Of a stretch of 48,000 bases of DNA, positions 9,911 to 17,006 are shown piece by piece. A program made the position numbers and the translations under genes. Every line of letters starts with the position of its first letter. The first letter of the stretch is position 1. Source of the DNA: Myxacorys chilensis ATA2-1-KO14 (lineage in GTDB: Bacteria > Cyanobacteriota > Cyanobacteriia > Leptolyngbyales > Leptolyngbyaceae); the NCBI GenBank assembly GCA_019359275.1, contig JAHHHP010000034.1:1-48000 (forward strand), in the 5' to 3' direction. The notes beneath the pieces are model-generated. The model ran no database searches and was not told where the DNA came from. It saw only the letters and a program-made list of their open reading frames with translations.

Positions 9911-11364
9911 GTTCCCCATCTCTGCCTGGAGACGCCCAAGCTCGCGCCCGCCTTAAGGCCTATCTTGATGAGAAAGGGCTGCGATTACCAGTGCGGACTC
10001 GGATCCTTCCAACTGCACGCACAGGTCCTTTCGTACAAAGTTTTGCCCAGCAGCGCATTTGGTTTATCGAGCAGGCTATGCCAGGTACCTCAATGTACAA
10101 TATGCCAGAGTGCGCACGAATCCGAGGACACCTGAATTTCGATGCGTTGTGTGAGTCCGTCTGTGCGATTGTAACTCGGCATGAAGCCTGGCGAACAACG
10201 TTTGCCACCCGAGGCGGTGAAGCAGTTCAGATTGTCCATAACCATCAACCGCCTGACATCAGACTGGAGAATACTTCAGAAGATGAGGCAGCAGCACGGG
10301 AACGATTAATCGAACTCTGTGGAATCCCGTTCGACCTAGTCAGTGGTCCGCTAGTTCGTGTCCATGTGCTCGTTCTCTCACCTGACGACTACATAATGCT
10401 GATCAACGTGCATCATCTCATTTCAGACGGTTGGTCAACCGGCATATTTGTGAGAGAGTTTATTGCCATCTATGGTGCCTTGATTGAGGGACGGACTCCT
10501 GTGCTTGATCCGCCAGCACTGCAGTACGGCGACTATGTCCTGTGGCAAAGACAGACGTTGTCGAACACTGGGTTCGACGCCATAGTCAAGCGCTGGGCGG
10601 AGATGGTCGGGCCCTACCAAGGTTACGCCGTCCTTCCGACTGATCGAGCACGCGTAGTGGGCCTGGACGATAGCGGTGAGTTTAGCATGTTGAACCTGAG
10701 CCGAGAGCGGACCAAAGCGCTCAATATTTTGGCACAGAAATTTGGCGTCACCCTGTTTGTCGTGTTGTCGATGGCCTTCAAGCTGGCGCTAATACGCATG
10801 ACTGGCAACTCCAGCGTCTCGCTTGGGGTGCCCGTGGCCGGTCGCAACCGGCGCGAGTTTGAAGGGGTTATAGGGCTGTTCGCTAACACTGTGGTTCTCC
10901 ATACTGACCTCTCGGGCGATCCAACCCTCGCCGATGCTATAGAACGGGAGCGTAAAGCCTGGATCATCACCCAGACTTATCAAGATGTTCCGTTTGAACG
11001 ACTGGTCGAGCAAATCAATCCGCAACGGTCGTCGGTGCACCACCCATTCTTCCAGATTATGTTTATTCTCCAGAACACGCCCATGCCTCCTGTGTTGCTT
11101 CCTAACGCCTCGATTGAGTTCATCGCTACCGGCACCCACTCCGTGAAGTTCGATCTGGTCTTCGAGCTCTATGAAACGGACGAGGGGTTGCAAGGTTGGT
11201 TAGGGTATTTGCGCAGCCTCTTCGACGAGCGGACCATTAGCCGGTTGATCTCCTTATTCAAATTCGTGCTAGAGGATCTCCCTGGTGGTGGTCATCGCCG
11301 CCTGTCGACTATCGGCATCCAGTCCCCTACTAAAGGAGTTCAGGACTTTTTGGAACCACTCTAA
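9907..11364 (+). CDS. Free-standing NRPS condensation-domain protein
   Basis: 'SFAQQRIWFIEQ', 'RHEAWRTTF', 'VHHLISDGWS'. The ATG overlaps the upstream stop (ATGA at 9907-9910). No A or T domain follows. Confidence 0.9.
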   Translation: MSSPSLPGDAQARARLKAYLDEKGLRLPVRTRILPTARTGPFVQSFAQQRIWFIEQAMPGTSMYNMPECARIRGHLNFDALCESVCAIVTRHEAWRTTFATRGGEAVQIVHNHQPPDIRLENTSEDEAAARERLIELCGIPFDLVSGPLVRVHVLVLSPDDYIMLINVHHLISDGWSTGIFVREFIAIYGALIEGRTPVLDPPALQYGDYVLWQRQTLSNTGFDAIVKRWAEMVGPYQGYAVLPTDRARVVGLDDSGEFSMLNLSRERTKALNILAQKFGVTLFVVLSMAFKLALIRMTGNSSVSLGVPVAGRNRREFEGVIGLFANTVVLHTDLSGDPTLADAIERERKAWIITQTYQDVPFERLVEQINPQRSSVHHPFFQIMFILQNTPMPPVLLPNASIEFIATGTHSVKFDLVFELYETDEGLQGWLGYLRSLFDERTISRLISLFKFVLEDLPGGGHRRLSTIGIQSPTKGVQDFLEPL

Positions 11365-12006
11365 TACAACTTGCTCAGCAAACAGACAGGAATTTTGGCT
11401 TGTCCCTTGATAAGTACCATCAATATTAAATGCCTAGAGATAATAGTTGCTGATGCAATCTACTAACCTACTGTTTGCAATTGGGGTAAAAACATACTCC
11501 AACAAATCTGCCTCAAATACTGTTTCATTAACCTTGACTACGTTCACCTGAGTCTGTAAGCAATTTGTATAACCCTGCCATCCTCCCGTACTCGCCGACT
11601 TACAAGACTTCACTTACGTAAATTGAGTGTAACTGAATTGCTCTGCTAGTCTGTGCTCAATTAATCTCTACCATAGGAATGTTGATTAATCCTGGTCGTC
11701 ATGTGCCTCAATTTGAAAGGTTAACTATGTCATTCTCTACTATCTATCTTTGCTAAGGAGCCTTACAAAAATAACTTGAGCAACTCCTGAAACACTTTGC
11801 TTGCCATACAAGGCTTTTAAGGTTTCGGCAGTGCAATTTAAATTTGTAAGGATCCTAAGCTGCTTTCATCGCCTCATCCCTTACTTCATAACTTGAACCT
11901 CATCGTGAATCTTGTAAAGACCAGAAGCAATTATCGTTTAGTAGAAATTTGTCTGACACTGGAATTACAAGAAGAAATAACTTTGAGATATGGAGGAAAC
12001 GAATCA

Positions 12007-12975
12007 GTGGATATTACAAGTTCAAGGCTTGTTTCTGGAGCTAAGTGTACTGTTGCTTATCCTGATATAGAAGCTGCAGCCTTGCGGTTATCTAATCAAG
12101 CTAGTCAGACACCTGTTTTCGTTTCTAGAACTGTTAACCAAATTACACATAGCCAAGTATTCTTCAAGTGTGAGAATTTTCAGCGTACAGGGTCTTTTAA
12201 GTTCCGAGGTGCGTACAATGCTCTAGCCCAGTTATCCGAGGCAGAGAAGCAGAGAGGTGTCTTGACGTATTCATCTGGAAATCACGCTCAAGCGATTGCT
12301 TTGGCCGGAAAATTATTGGGTATTCACACTACTGTTGTGATGCCTGAAGATGCTCCAGCAGTCAAGCAAGCTGCCACTCGCAGCTACGGAGCGGAGGTTA
12401 TTCTGTACAACCGTTTGAAAACTAATCGGGAGATTCTGGGTCAGACAATTGCTCAGGAGCACGGACTCATAGTTATTCCCCCTTATGATCATCCCCATGT
12501 TGTAGCAGGACAAGGTACAGCAGCCAAAGAACTTATCCAGGAGGTTGGCTCACTAGATTTAATGCTAGTTTGTTGTGGAGGTGGTGGACTCCTTTCAGGA
12601 GCTGCAATTGCTGCGAATAAGCTGTCACCGAGCTGTAAGATTATCGGGGTAGAACCGGAAGCTGCTAATGATGCTACCCGCTCATTTCATACCAAGATGC
12701 TGTATGAAATTCATAACCCTAACACCGTTGCTGATGGAGCCAGAGCGCCCTCCTTGGGTCAAGTAACTTTTCCTTTAGTATTACGCTATGTTCACGATAT
12801 GGTGACCGTTTCTGAGGAAGAAATTCAACGCACTGTAGTGTTCTTATGGGAGCGAATGAAGATTGTTGTAGAACCTACAGGAGCAGTAGCAGCGGCTGCA
12901 TTACTGGGAGGTGTAGTTGCTATGCCGAATAGTAGGATTGGTGTAATTGTTAGTGGAGGGAACGTAGATTTATAG
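12007..12975 (+). CDS. PLP-dependent serine/threonine dehydratase family protein (short form, serine-racemase/TdcB-like size)
   Basis: PLP-lysine motif 'GSFKFRGA', plus 'YSSGNHAQAIA' and 'CCGGGGLLSG'. The likely start is GTG 12007, 9 nt after GGAGGA. The ORF-track start 11893 adds an implausible leader. Confidence 0.8.
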   Translation: MDITSSRLVSGAKCTVAYPDIEAAALRLSNQASQTPVFVSRTVNQITHSQVFFKCENFQRTGSFKFRGAYNALAQLSEAEKQRGVLTYSSGNHAQAIALAGKLLGIHTTVVMPEDAPAVKQAATRSYGAEVILYNRLKTNREILGQTIAQEHGLIVIPPYDHPHVVAGQGTAAKELIQEVGSLDLMLVCCGGGGLLSGAAIAANKLSPSCKIIGVEPEAANDATRSFHTKMLYEIHNPNTVADGARAPSLGQVTFPLVLRYVHDMVTVSEEEIQRTVVFLWERMKIVVEPTGAVAAAALLGGVVAMPNSRIGVIVSGGNVDL

Positions 12976-13072
12976 CGATTTTGAAGCTCATTAGTTTAAT
13001 ACAGGTATGCTATTTCGCTCAATATTCAAGCTTTAATTCTGACACTTTCACCTAATCCCAATTTGGTATAAG

Positions 13073-13612
13073 TTGAGGATTGATAGTGTCTTGTGGGCTC
13101 GGCCAGCAGTAGGCAGTCTCATTGAGCAAGTTAGTGGCGTAGAGATGCCGCTGCTTAGGACAAGAGTACGATGGGTATGGACTCAAGCTCCACTTGCTCA
13201 CCAACGACAAAGGCAAGTTGCTGGCGTTTCAATTAACGAGTGTTACTGTTCGATAACCGAGTGCCCGTGCCGACCCTGACGTAGGAACTCATCGGTAAGC
13301 TCTTTGGCGAGCGGGACTGTATTTCGCAAGCCTTGTTTACGCAACTGTGGCTACGCGGTTTGCAGTTAGTCACTAAACTCAAAAAGAACATGAAAAATCG
13401 CTCGATGCCGCTGTTGGACAAGATTTGATTGCGTAAGCTGAGCGATTATCGAATCAGTCAGTAACCAGTTGAAGAACATTTCTCAAATTGAGCATTCTCG
13501 TCACCGTTCTCCAGTTAACTACTTGGTCAATCTAGTTTGTGGTTTGATTGCCTATTGTCATCAGTTGAAGAAGTCCTGCCTCATACTTGATACCTCTTTG
13601 CCTGCGTCTGTT
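13073..13612 (+). pseudogene. IS982-like transposase remnant, 5'-truncated and multiply frameshifted
   Basis: Pieces across three frames: 'YGLKLHLLTNDKGKLLAFQLT', 'LIGKLFGERDCISQALFTQLWLRGLQLVTKLKKNMKNR', '[43 protein letters not shown]'. Confidence 0.7.
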
Positions 13613-13654
13613 TGACCCGAATTCACATTAGGTTAAGTAAATTTAAAGAGATTG

Positions 13655-13809
13655 CTCAATTTTGCAAAGCCTGTGCTATTGTTCACCCATCACTAAAAGT
13701 TTTTCACATTAAGTTCCTTACAGTTGCTTATCCATCTCTAGAGCTATCACAACACAGTTTCCGGCAGTCTCTTCTCCCGACCCAACTGCATGCAATGGAG
13801 GCATTAATA
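13655..13809 (+). pseudogene. Relic of the 3' end of a second radical-SAM/SPASM gene copy
   Basis: Nucleotide similarity to 15515-15652, the 3' end of the intact rSAM gene. Examples: '...cacagtttcc..cagt..cttc..cccaact.c....aatggaggcattaataATG' versus '...cacagttccc..cagt..cttc..cccaaact.c..aatgggggtattgtaATG'. The read-through peptide '...KACAIVH...HSF...MEALI' parallels '...KPYCGVH...SSF...KMGVL*'. Confidence 0.6.
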
Positions 13810-14214
13810 ATGGCAACAAGAGATTTTGCACGAGCTCTACTTAGAGAAGTTCCATTGGCCCATATTGAGGTTTATATTCAGGTTCTCAACGATGGAATCT
13901 TAAGAGAACGTGATGAGAAAATGGCTGACAATGGCACAATTTGTGGTGGTGGCTGTGATGCGAAAGGTGGTGCCTGCGGCGCGTGGTGCGCGCAAGCTGA
14001 TAACTATTGGGGTTGCTTTGACATCCAAGGTCATTCAGGCGTAACTAGAGAAGATTTCCAAAATGCTGTAGACAATCCGAATGCGTTCCGTCAGGCGCTC
14101 AACGAAGAGCTGATGGGCGTTGTGCGGTCAGTAGATAACCTAGGAGAGAATAGCCAAAGTGCACCTCACCTCGGACCGAAGATTAACCCCAGACTTTGGG
14201 TCAATCGTGGCTAA
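13810..14214 (+). CDS. Five-cysteine ~134-aa protein, paralog A (candidate radical-SAM substrate)
   Basis: ATG lies 8 nt after GGAGG (13797-13801). It is roughly 80% identical by eye to the 15653-16045 product. Core 'CGGGCDAKGGACGAWCAQADNYWGC' spans 13942-14016. The 200-aa ORF-track version reads through the rSAM relic. Confidence 0.8.
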   Translation: MATRDFARALLREVPLAHIEVYIQVLNDGILRERDEKMADNGTICGGGCDAKGGACGAWCAQADNYWGCFDIQGHSGVTREDFQNAVDNPNAFRQALNEELMGVVRSVDNLGENSQSAPHLGPKINPRLWVNRG

Positions 14215-14240
14215 GGCTTGCGTAATGTAAACCTGCATGA

Positions 14241-14282
14241 CTTTGAAGTTCCCAGGGTACGTACTGCTCCCTCGCTTCAAAG
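14241..14282 (+). promoter_or_regulatory. Stem-loop just downstream of paralog A, conserved in position after paralog B
   Basis: Outer stem CTTTGAAG (14241-14248) / CTTCAAAG (14275-14282) and inner stem AGGG/CCCT. No U-tract follows. Confidence 0.4.
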
Positions 14283-14456
14283 AGGGTAAGCATGAGGAAA
14301 TCGCTAACCTAATTGTGTTTAGCTTGCTTTGATTGCGTGAATGTTAGATGTGCAAAAGGTTCTTCGGTACATAAGGTGTGCTTGATTCACTTAGTTTTGC
14401 AACTTTGGAACTCAAGACTATCAGCTCACAATATTAAGCAGAAGGAGTTGGTTATT

Positions 14457-15653
14457 GTGGACAAAAGTAGCTTGATGGCGAAAACAGTAGAGCCGAACCA
14501 TCCTTCCCTTCATCGCCTTGCCATAATGCTCACTGAGGTTTGTAATCTCGCTTGTCCCTACTGTTACGAACATCGCGACCCGGAGATTTTCTACAATCCA
14601 GATCCCCATAAGCGGACGATGACGGAGGCATCGGTCATCGATATGCTCGAGCGAGCTTACAAGATCTGGCCACGAATTAGCACTCTATTCTTTTTCGGTG
14701 GCGAACCCCTGCTCAAGCGTAAGCTCATCCGTCAAATCTGTGAGGTTGTTGAGGCCGGTAGTATTCCCGGTATGGGAATTAAGCCGAAATATGCCATGAT
14801 CACCAACGCAACCCTGCTTGACGAAGATGCCCGGGAGATGGTGCTCAAGTATGACTTCGGTTTGAATATTAGCTTAGACGGTCCGCCGGTAGTAAATGAC
14901 CTATCACGGATTGATAGGCATGGTCATGGCACATCCTCGCTCTCTATGCAGAACCTAGCCAAATTGCGCGATGCTGGCGGTACTTATCACATTGAGGCTA
15001 CATTCTCGCGCTTCCATCTGGAGGCTGGGGTCACCGTTATGGACTTAATGGACTATTTTAATTCTGAGCATGGGGTAAGGGTTCTGCATGCGCCTTGGGT
15101 ATCGGCTACTCCGGATAACCGTTACTATTTGACTGACGACGAGATCGTTGAGTCTTATATTCCAGCAATTCGTTATTCCTTAGACAATTTGCGTAAAGGA
15201 GTGCCAAAGGTTATCTTTTTGGTCGACCATTGGCTGCAAGTACTGAAATCTTATGACCCTATGGCACGCCGCGCTTACTGTCCAGCCTTTTTCTCAGATT
15301 TGTCGATGAATCCGGCAGGAGACATCTACCCTTGCTTCATGTTCAACGGATACCAGTACTTGAAAATGGGCAATGTTTATGACGATCAGTTTTTTAAGAC
15401 AATGAACTGGTCAGTTGGCAGAGCCTTTCAAGAAGCTATTTTTGGGCCTTGCGATTGCCCAACTGAGTATCAGGCATTCCATTCCGGCTGTGTTGGTGCC
15501 GACCGGATCGCCACCAATTCTATTTTAGCGAAGCCTTATTGTGGCGTTCATACTCGCCTCCTAGAGGCATTCCTCGAAATGCTTATGGAGGATAGCAGCA
15601 CAGTTCCCAACAGTTCCTTCCACGCCCAAACTACTAAAATGGGGGTATTGTAA
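14457..15653 (+). CDS. Radical SAM enzyme with C-terminal SPASM/twitch-like Cys-rich extension
   Basis: 'CNLACPYC' (CX3CX2C, 14541-14564), 'FFFGGEPLL', 'ITNATLL', 'ISLDGP'. C-terminal region: 'CPAFFSDLSMNPAGDIYPC' (GX4C), 'CDCPTEYQAFHSGC', 'YCGV'. The likely start is GTG 14457, 9 nt after AAGGAG (alternative ATG 14475). Sequence upstream of that is homologous to the non-coding tail of copy 2. Confidence 0.9.
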   Translation: MDKSSLMAKTVEPNHPSLHRLAIMLTEVCNLACPYCYEHRDPEIFYNPDPHKRTMTEASVIDMLERAYKIWPRISTLFFFGGEPLLKRKLIRQICEVVEAGSIPGMGIKPKYAMITNATLLDEDAREMVLKYDFGLNISLDGPPVVNDLSRIDRHGHGTSSLSMQNLAKLRDAGGTYHIEATFSRFHLEAGVTVMDLMDYFNSEHGVRVLHAPWVSATPDNRYYLTDDEIVESYIPAIRYSLDNLRKGVPKVIFLVDHWLQVLKSYDPMARRAYCPAFFSDLSMNPAGDIYPCFMFNGYQYLKMGNVYDDQFFKTMNWSVGRAFQEAIFGPCDCPTEYQAFHSGCVGADRIATNSILAKPYCGVHTRLLEAFLEMLMEDSSTVPNSSFHAQTTKMGVL

Positions 15654-16045
15654 TGGCAACAAGAGATTTCGTACGAGCTTTGCTCAAGGAAGTTCCGTTA
15701 GCCCATATTGAAGTTTATCTTCAGGTTCTTGATGATGGAATCCTAAGAGGACGTGATGAGAAAATGGCTGACAACGGCACCTTTTGCGGCGCTGGCTGCG
15801 ATGCAAAAGGTGGCGCTTGTGGTGTATATTGCGCGCAAGCTGATAACTATTGGGGCTGCTTTGATATCCAAGGTCAGTCTAGCGTGTCTAGAGAAGATTT
15901 CCAAAATGCTATAGAAGATCCGAATACGTTCCGTCAGGCGCTCAACGAAGAGCTGATGGGTGTTGTACGGTCAGTAAATAGCCAAGATGAACCCCACTTG
16001 GGGCAGAAAGTTGTCCCCCGACTCTGGGTCAATCGTGGCGAATGA
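15653..16045 (+). CDS. Five-cysteine ~130-aa protein, paralog B (candidate radical-SAM substrate)
   Basis: The ATG overlaps the rSAM stop (TAATG). All five Cys are conserved. In the core 'CDAKGGACG' the two paralogs differ at 6 silent codon positions and at no amino acid. Confidence 0.85.
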   Translation: MATRDFVRALLKEVPLAHIEVYLQVLDDGILRGRDEKMADNGTFCGAGCDAKGGACGVYCAQADNYWGCFDIQGQSSVSREDFQNAIEDPNTFRQALNEELMGVVRSVNSQDEPHLGQKVVPRLWVNRGE

Positions 16046-16069
16046 GTTCGTAATCTAAACCTATGCGCC

Positions 16070-16103
16070 TGAAGGGTTAGGGCGCGTACTACCTCCCCCT
16101 TCA
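16070..16103 (+). promoter_or_regulatory. Stem-loop downstream of paralog B (counterpart of 14241-14282)
   Basis: Stem TGAAGGG (16070-16076) / CCCTTCA (16097-16103). It shares the TGAAG/CTTCA core with copy A, but the stem is extended on the other side. Confidence 0.4.
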
Positions 16104-16290
16104 AAAAGGGTAAATTCTGGGAAATCGCAAGCCTAATTATGTTTAGCTTACTTTAACTGGGTAATGCTAGGTATGCCAAAGCCCTTTAGTACGTAAAGTA
16201 TGTTTGATTCACTTTTTTATTGAGTGAACTCTTCCCCCTAGCTCGAATTCGGGTGTTGCATACTAGGGAATGATGATGTGGGACTAAGCC

Positions 16291-16973
16291 ATGAACTGCC
16301 CCCGCTGCGCCAGTGACAAAATCGTGAAGAATGGACATCGCCACGGCAAACAAAGCTATCTCTGCCGAGACTGTCAGCGCCAATTTCGGGAGAATCCATC
16401 ACCGCAAGGCTATAGCTCTGATGTCAAAGACGTGTGTGTGAAGATGTCGCTCAATGGCATGGGGTTTCGGGGAATTGAGCGGGTCACTGGCATTAATCAC
16501 AACAGTGTCGTCAACTGGGTGCGCCAAGCAGAAGCGGCTATCCCAGACGAAGACTATGAGATTCCAGAAACCGCTCAAATCGACGAACTCCAAACCTTTG
16601 TCGGGGCTAAAAAAACAAAGTCTGGCTCTGGACAGTCGTGAATACAAAGTTGCCCGGCATTCTCAAGTTCATCGTGGGCAACCGCTCATTGGAGACGTTT
16701 CGGAGGCTCTGGCAGAGGATTCAAGGGTGGGCGTGTTTTTTGTATATCACCGATGGCTACAAGGTCTACCCCTGCTTAATTGATGATGCCGACCATCTGG
16801 TGAGCAAGACGGCGATGACTCGGGTGGAAGGAGAAAATTGTCGATTACGCCATTACCTAGCACGCTTGCACCGCCAAACGCTCTGCTACTCCAAATCGGC
16901 GGAGATGTTGAGGGTATCCGTGCGATTGTTGATCTACTATCTCCAGCATCACCAGATTCCTCGATTTGCCTAA
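16291..16973 (+). CDS. IS1-family transposase InsA / InsAB' (requires -1 programmed frameshift)
   Basis: The first frame has a zinc finger 'CPRCASDKIVKNGHRHGKQSYLCRDC' plus HTH. A -1 slip on the A-run gives '...GAKKNKVWLWTVVNTKLPGIL...ITDGYKVY...' (DDE part), continuing in the 16638-16973 frame. Confidence 0.85.
16609..16615 (+). promoter_or_regulatory. A7 slippery site for -1 ribosomal frameshifting in the IS1 transposase
   Basis: A run of seven A (gct AAA AAA Aca) sits exactly where the two transposase frames overlap. Confidence 0.7.
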
Positions 16974-17006
16974 GTCATTCTCTCTTTTGCAACACCCGAA
17001 TTCGAA

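Larger units (their letters stand above)
13655..14413 (+). repeat. Cassette copy 1: [rSAM 3' relic + Cys-rich gene A + ~200-bp conserved tail]
   Basis: Aligns by eye with 15515-16231, including the non-coding blocks 'cctaattgtgtttagcttgcttt', 'ttgattcactt' and 'gaactc'. Confidence 0.8.
15515..16231 (+). repeat. Cassette copy 2: [rSAM 3' end + Cys-rich gene B + ~190-bp conserved tail]
   Basis: Direct repeat of 13655-14413, diverged and with small indels. Confidence 0.8.
16252..16996 (+). mobile_element. IS1-family insertion sequence, apparently intact
   Basis: Ends are GGTGTTGCA.../...TGCAACACC, flanked by CGAATTCG on both sides (16244-16251 and 16997-17004). This flank is either an 8-bp target duplication or, because it is palindromic, an extension of the inverted repeat. 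Size is ~745 bp. Confidence 0.85.

Noticed and set aside
13233-13421. 62-aa minus-strand ORF and the 68-aa ORF 13073-13279.
   Set aside because: Both fall within the decayed IS982-like transposase remnant. The 68-aa ORF is just one of its broken frames.
13612-13809. N-terminal 66 aa of the 200-aa ORF-track protein 13612-14214.
   Set aside because: This part is read-through of the IS982-like end and the rSAM 3' relic. Paralog B begins at the equivalent internal Met, and a GGAGG precedes ATG 13810.
14313-14456. Upstream extension of the rSAM ORF ('MCLACFDCVNVRCAKG...', Cys-rich and superficially precursor-like).
   Set aside because: The region is homologous to the non-coding tail after paralog B, where the same frame has a stop and the differences are not codon-patterned. 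An AAGGAG-supported GTG at 14457 is a better start.
16399-16783. ORFs 16399-16647 (minus) and 16454-16783 (plus) inside the IS1 element.
   Set aside because: They overlap the InsA/InsAB' frames, which fully account for the element, and no motif was seen.
16243-17005. An 18-bp perfect inverted repeat TCGAATTCGGGTGTTGCA as the true IS1 terminus.
   Set aside because: The outer CGAATTCG is palindromic, so it fits equally well as an 8-bp direct target duplication, which is the expected size for IS1-family elements. I kept the ambiguity in the feature note rather than calling an 18-bp inverted repeat.
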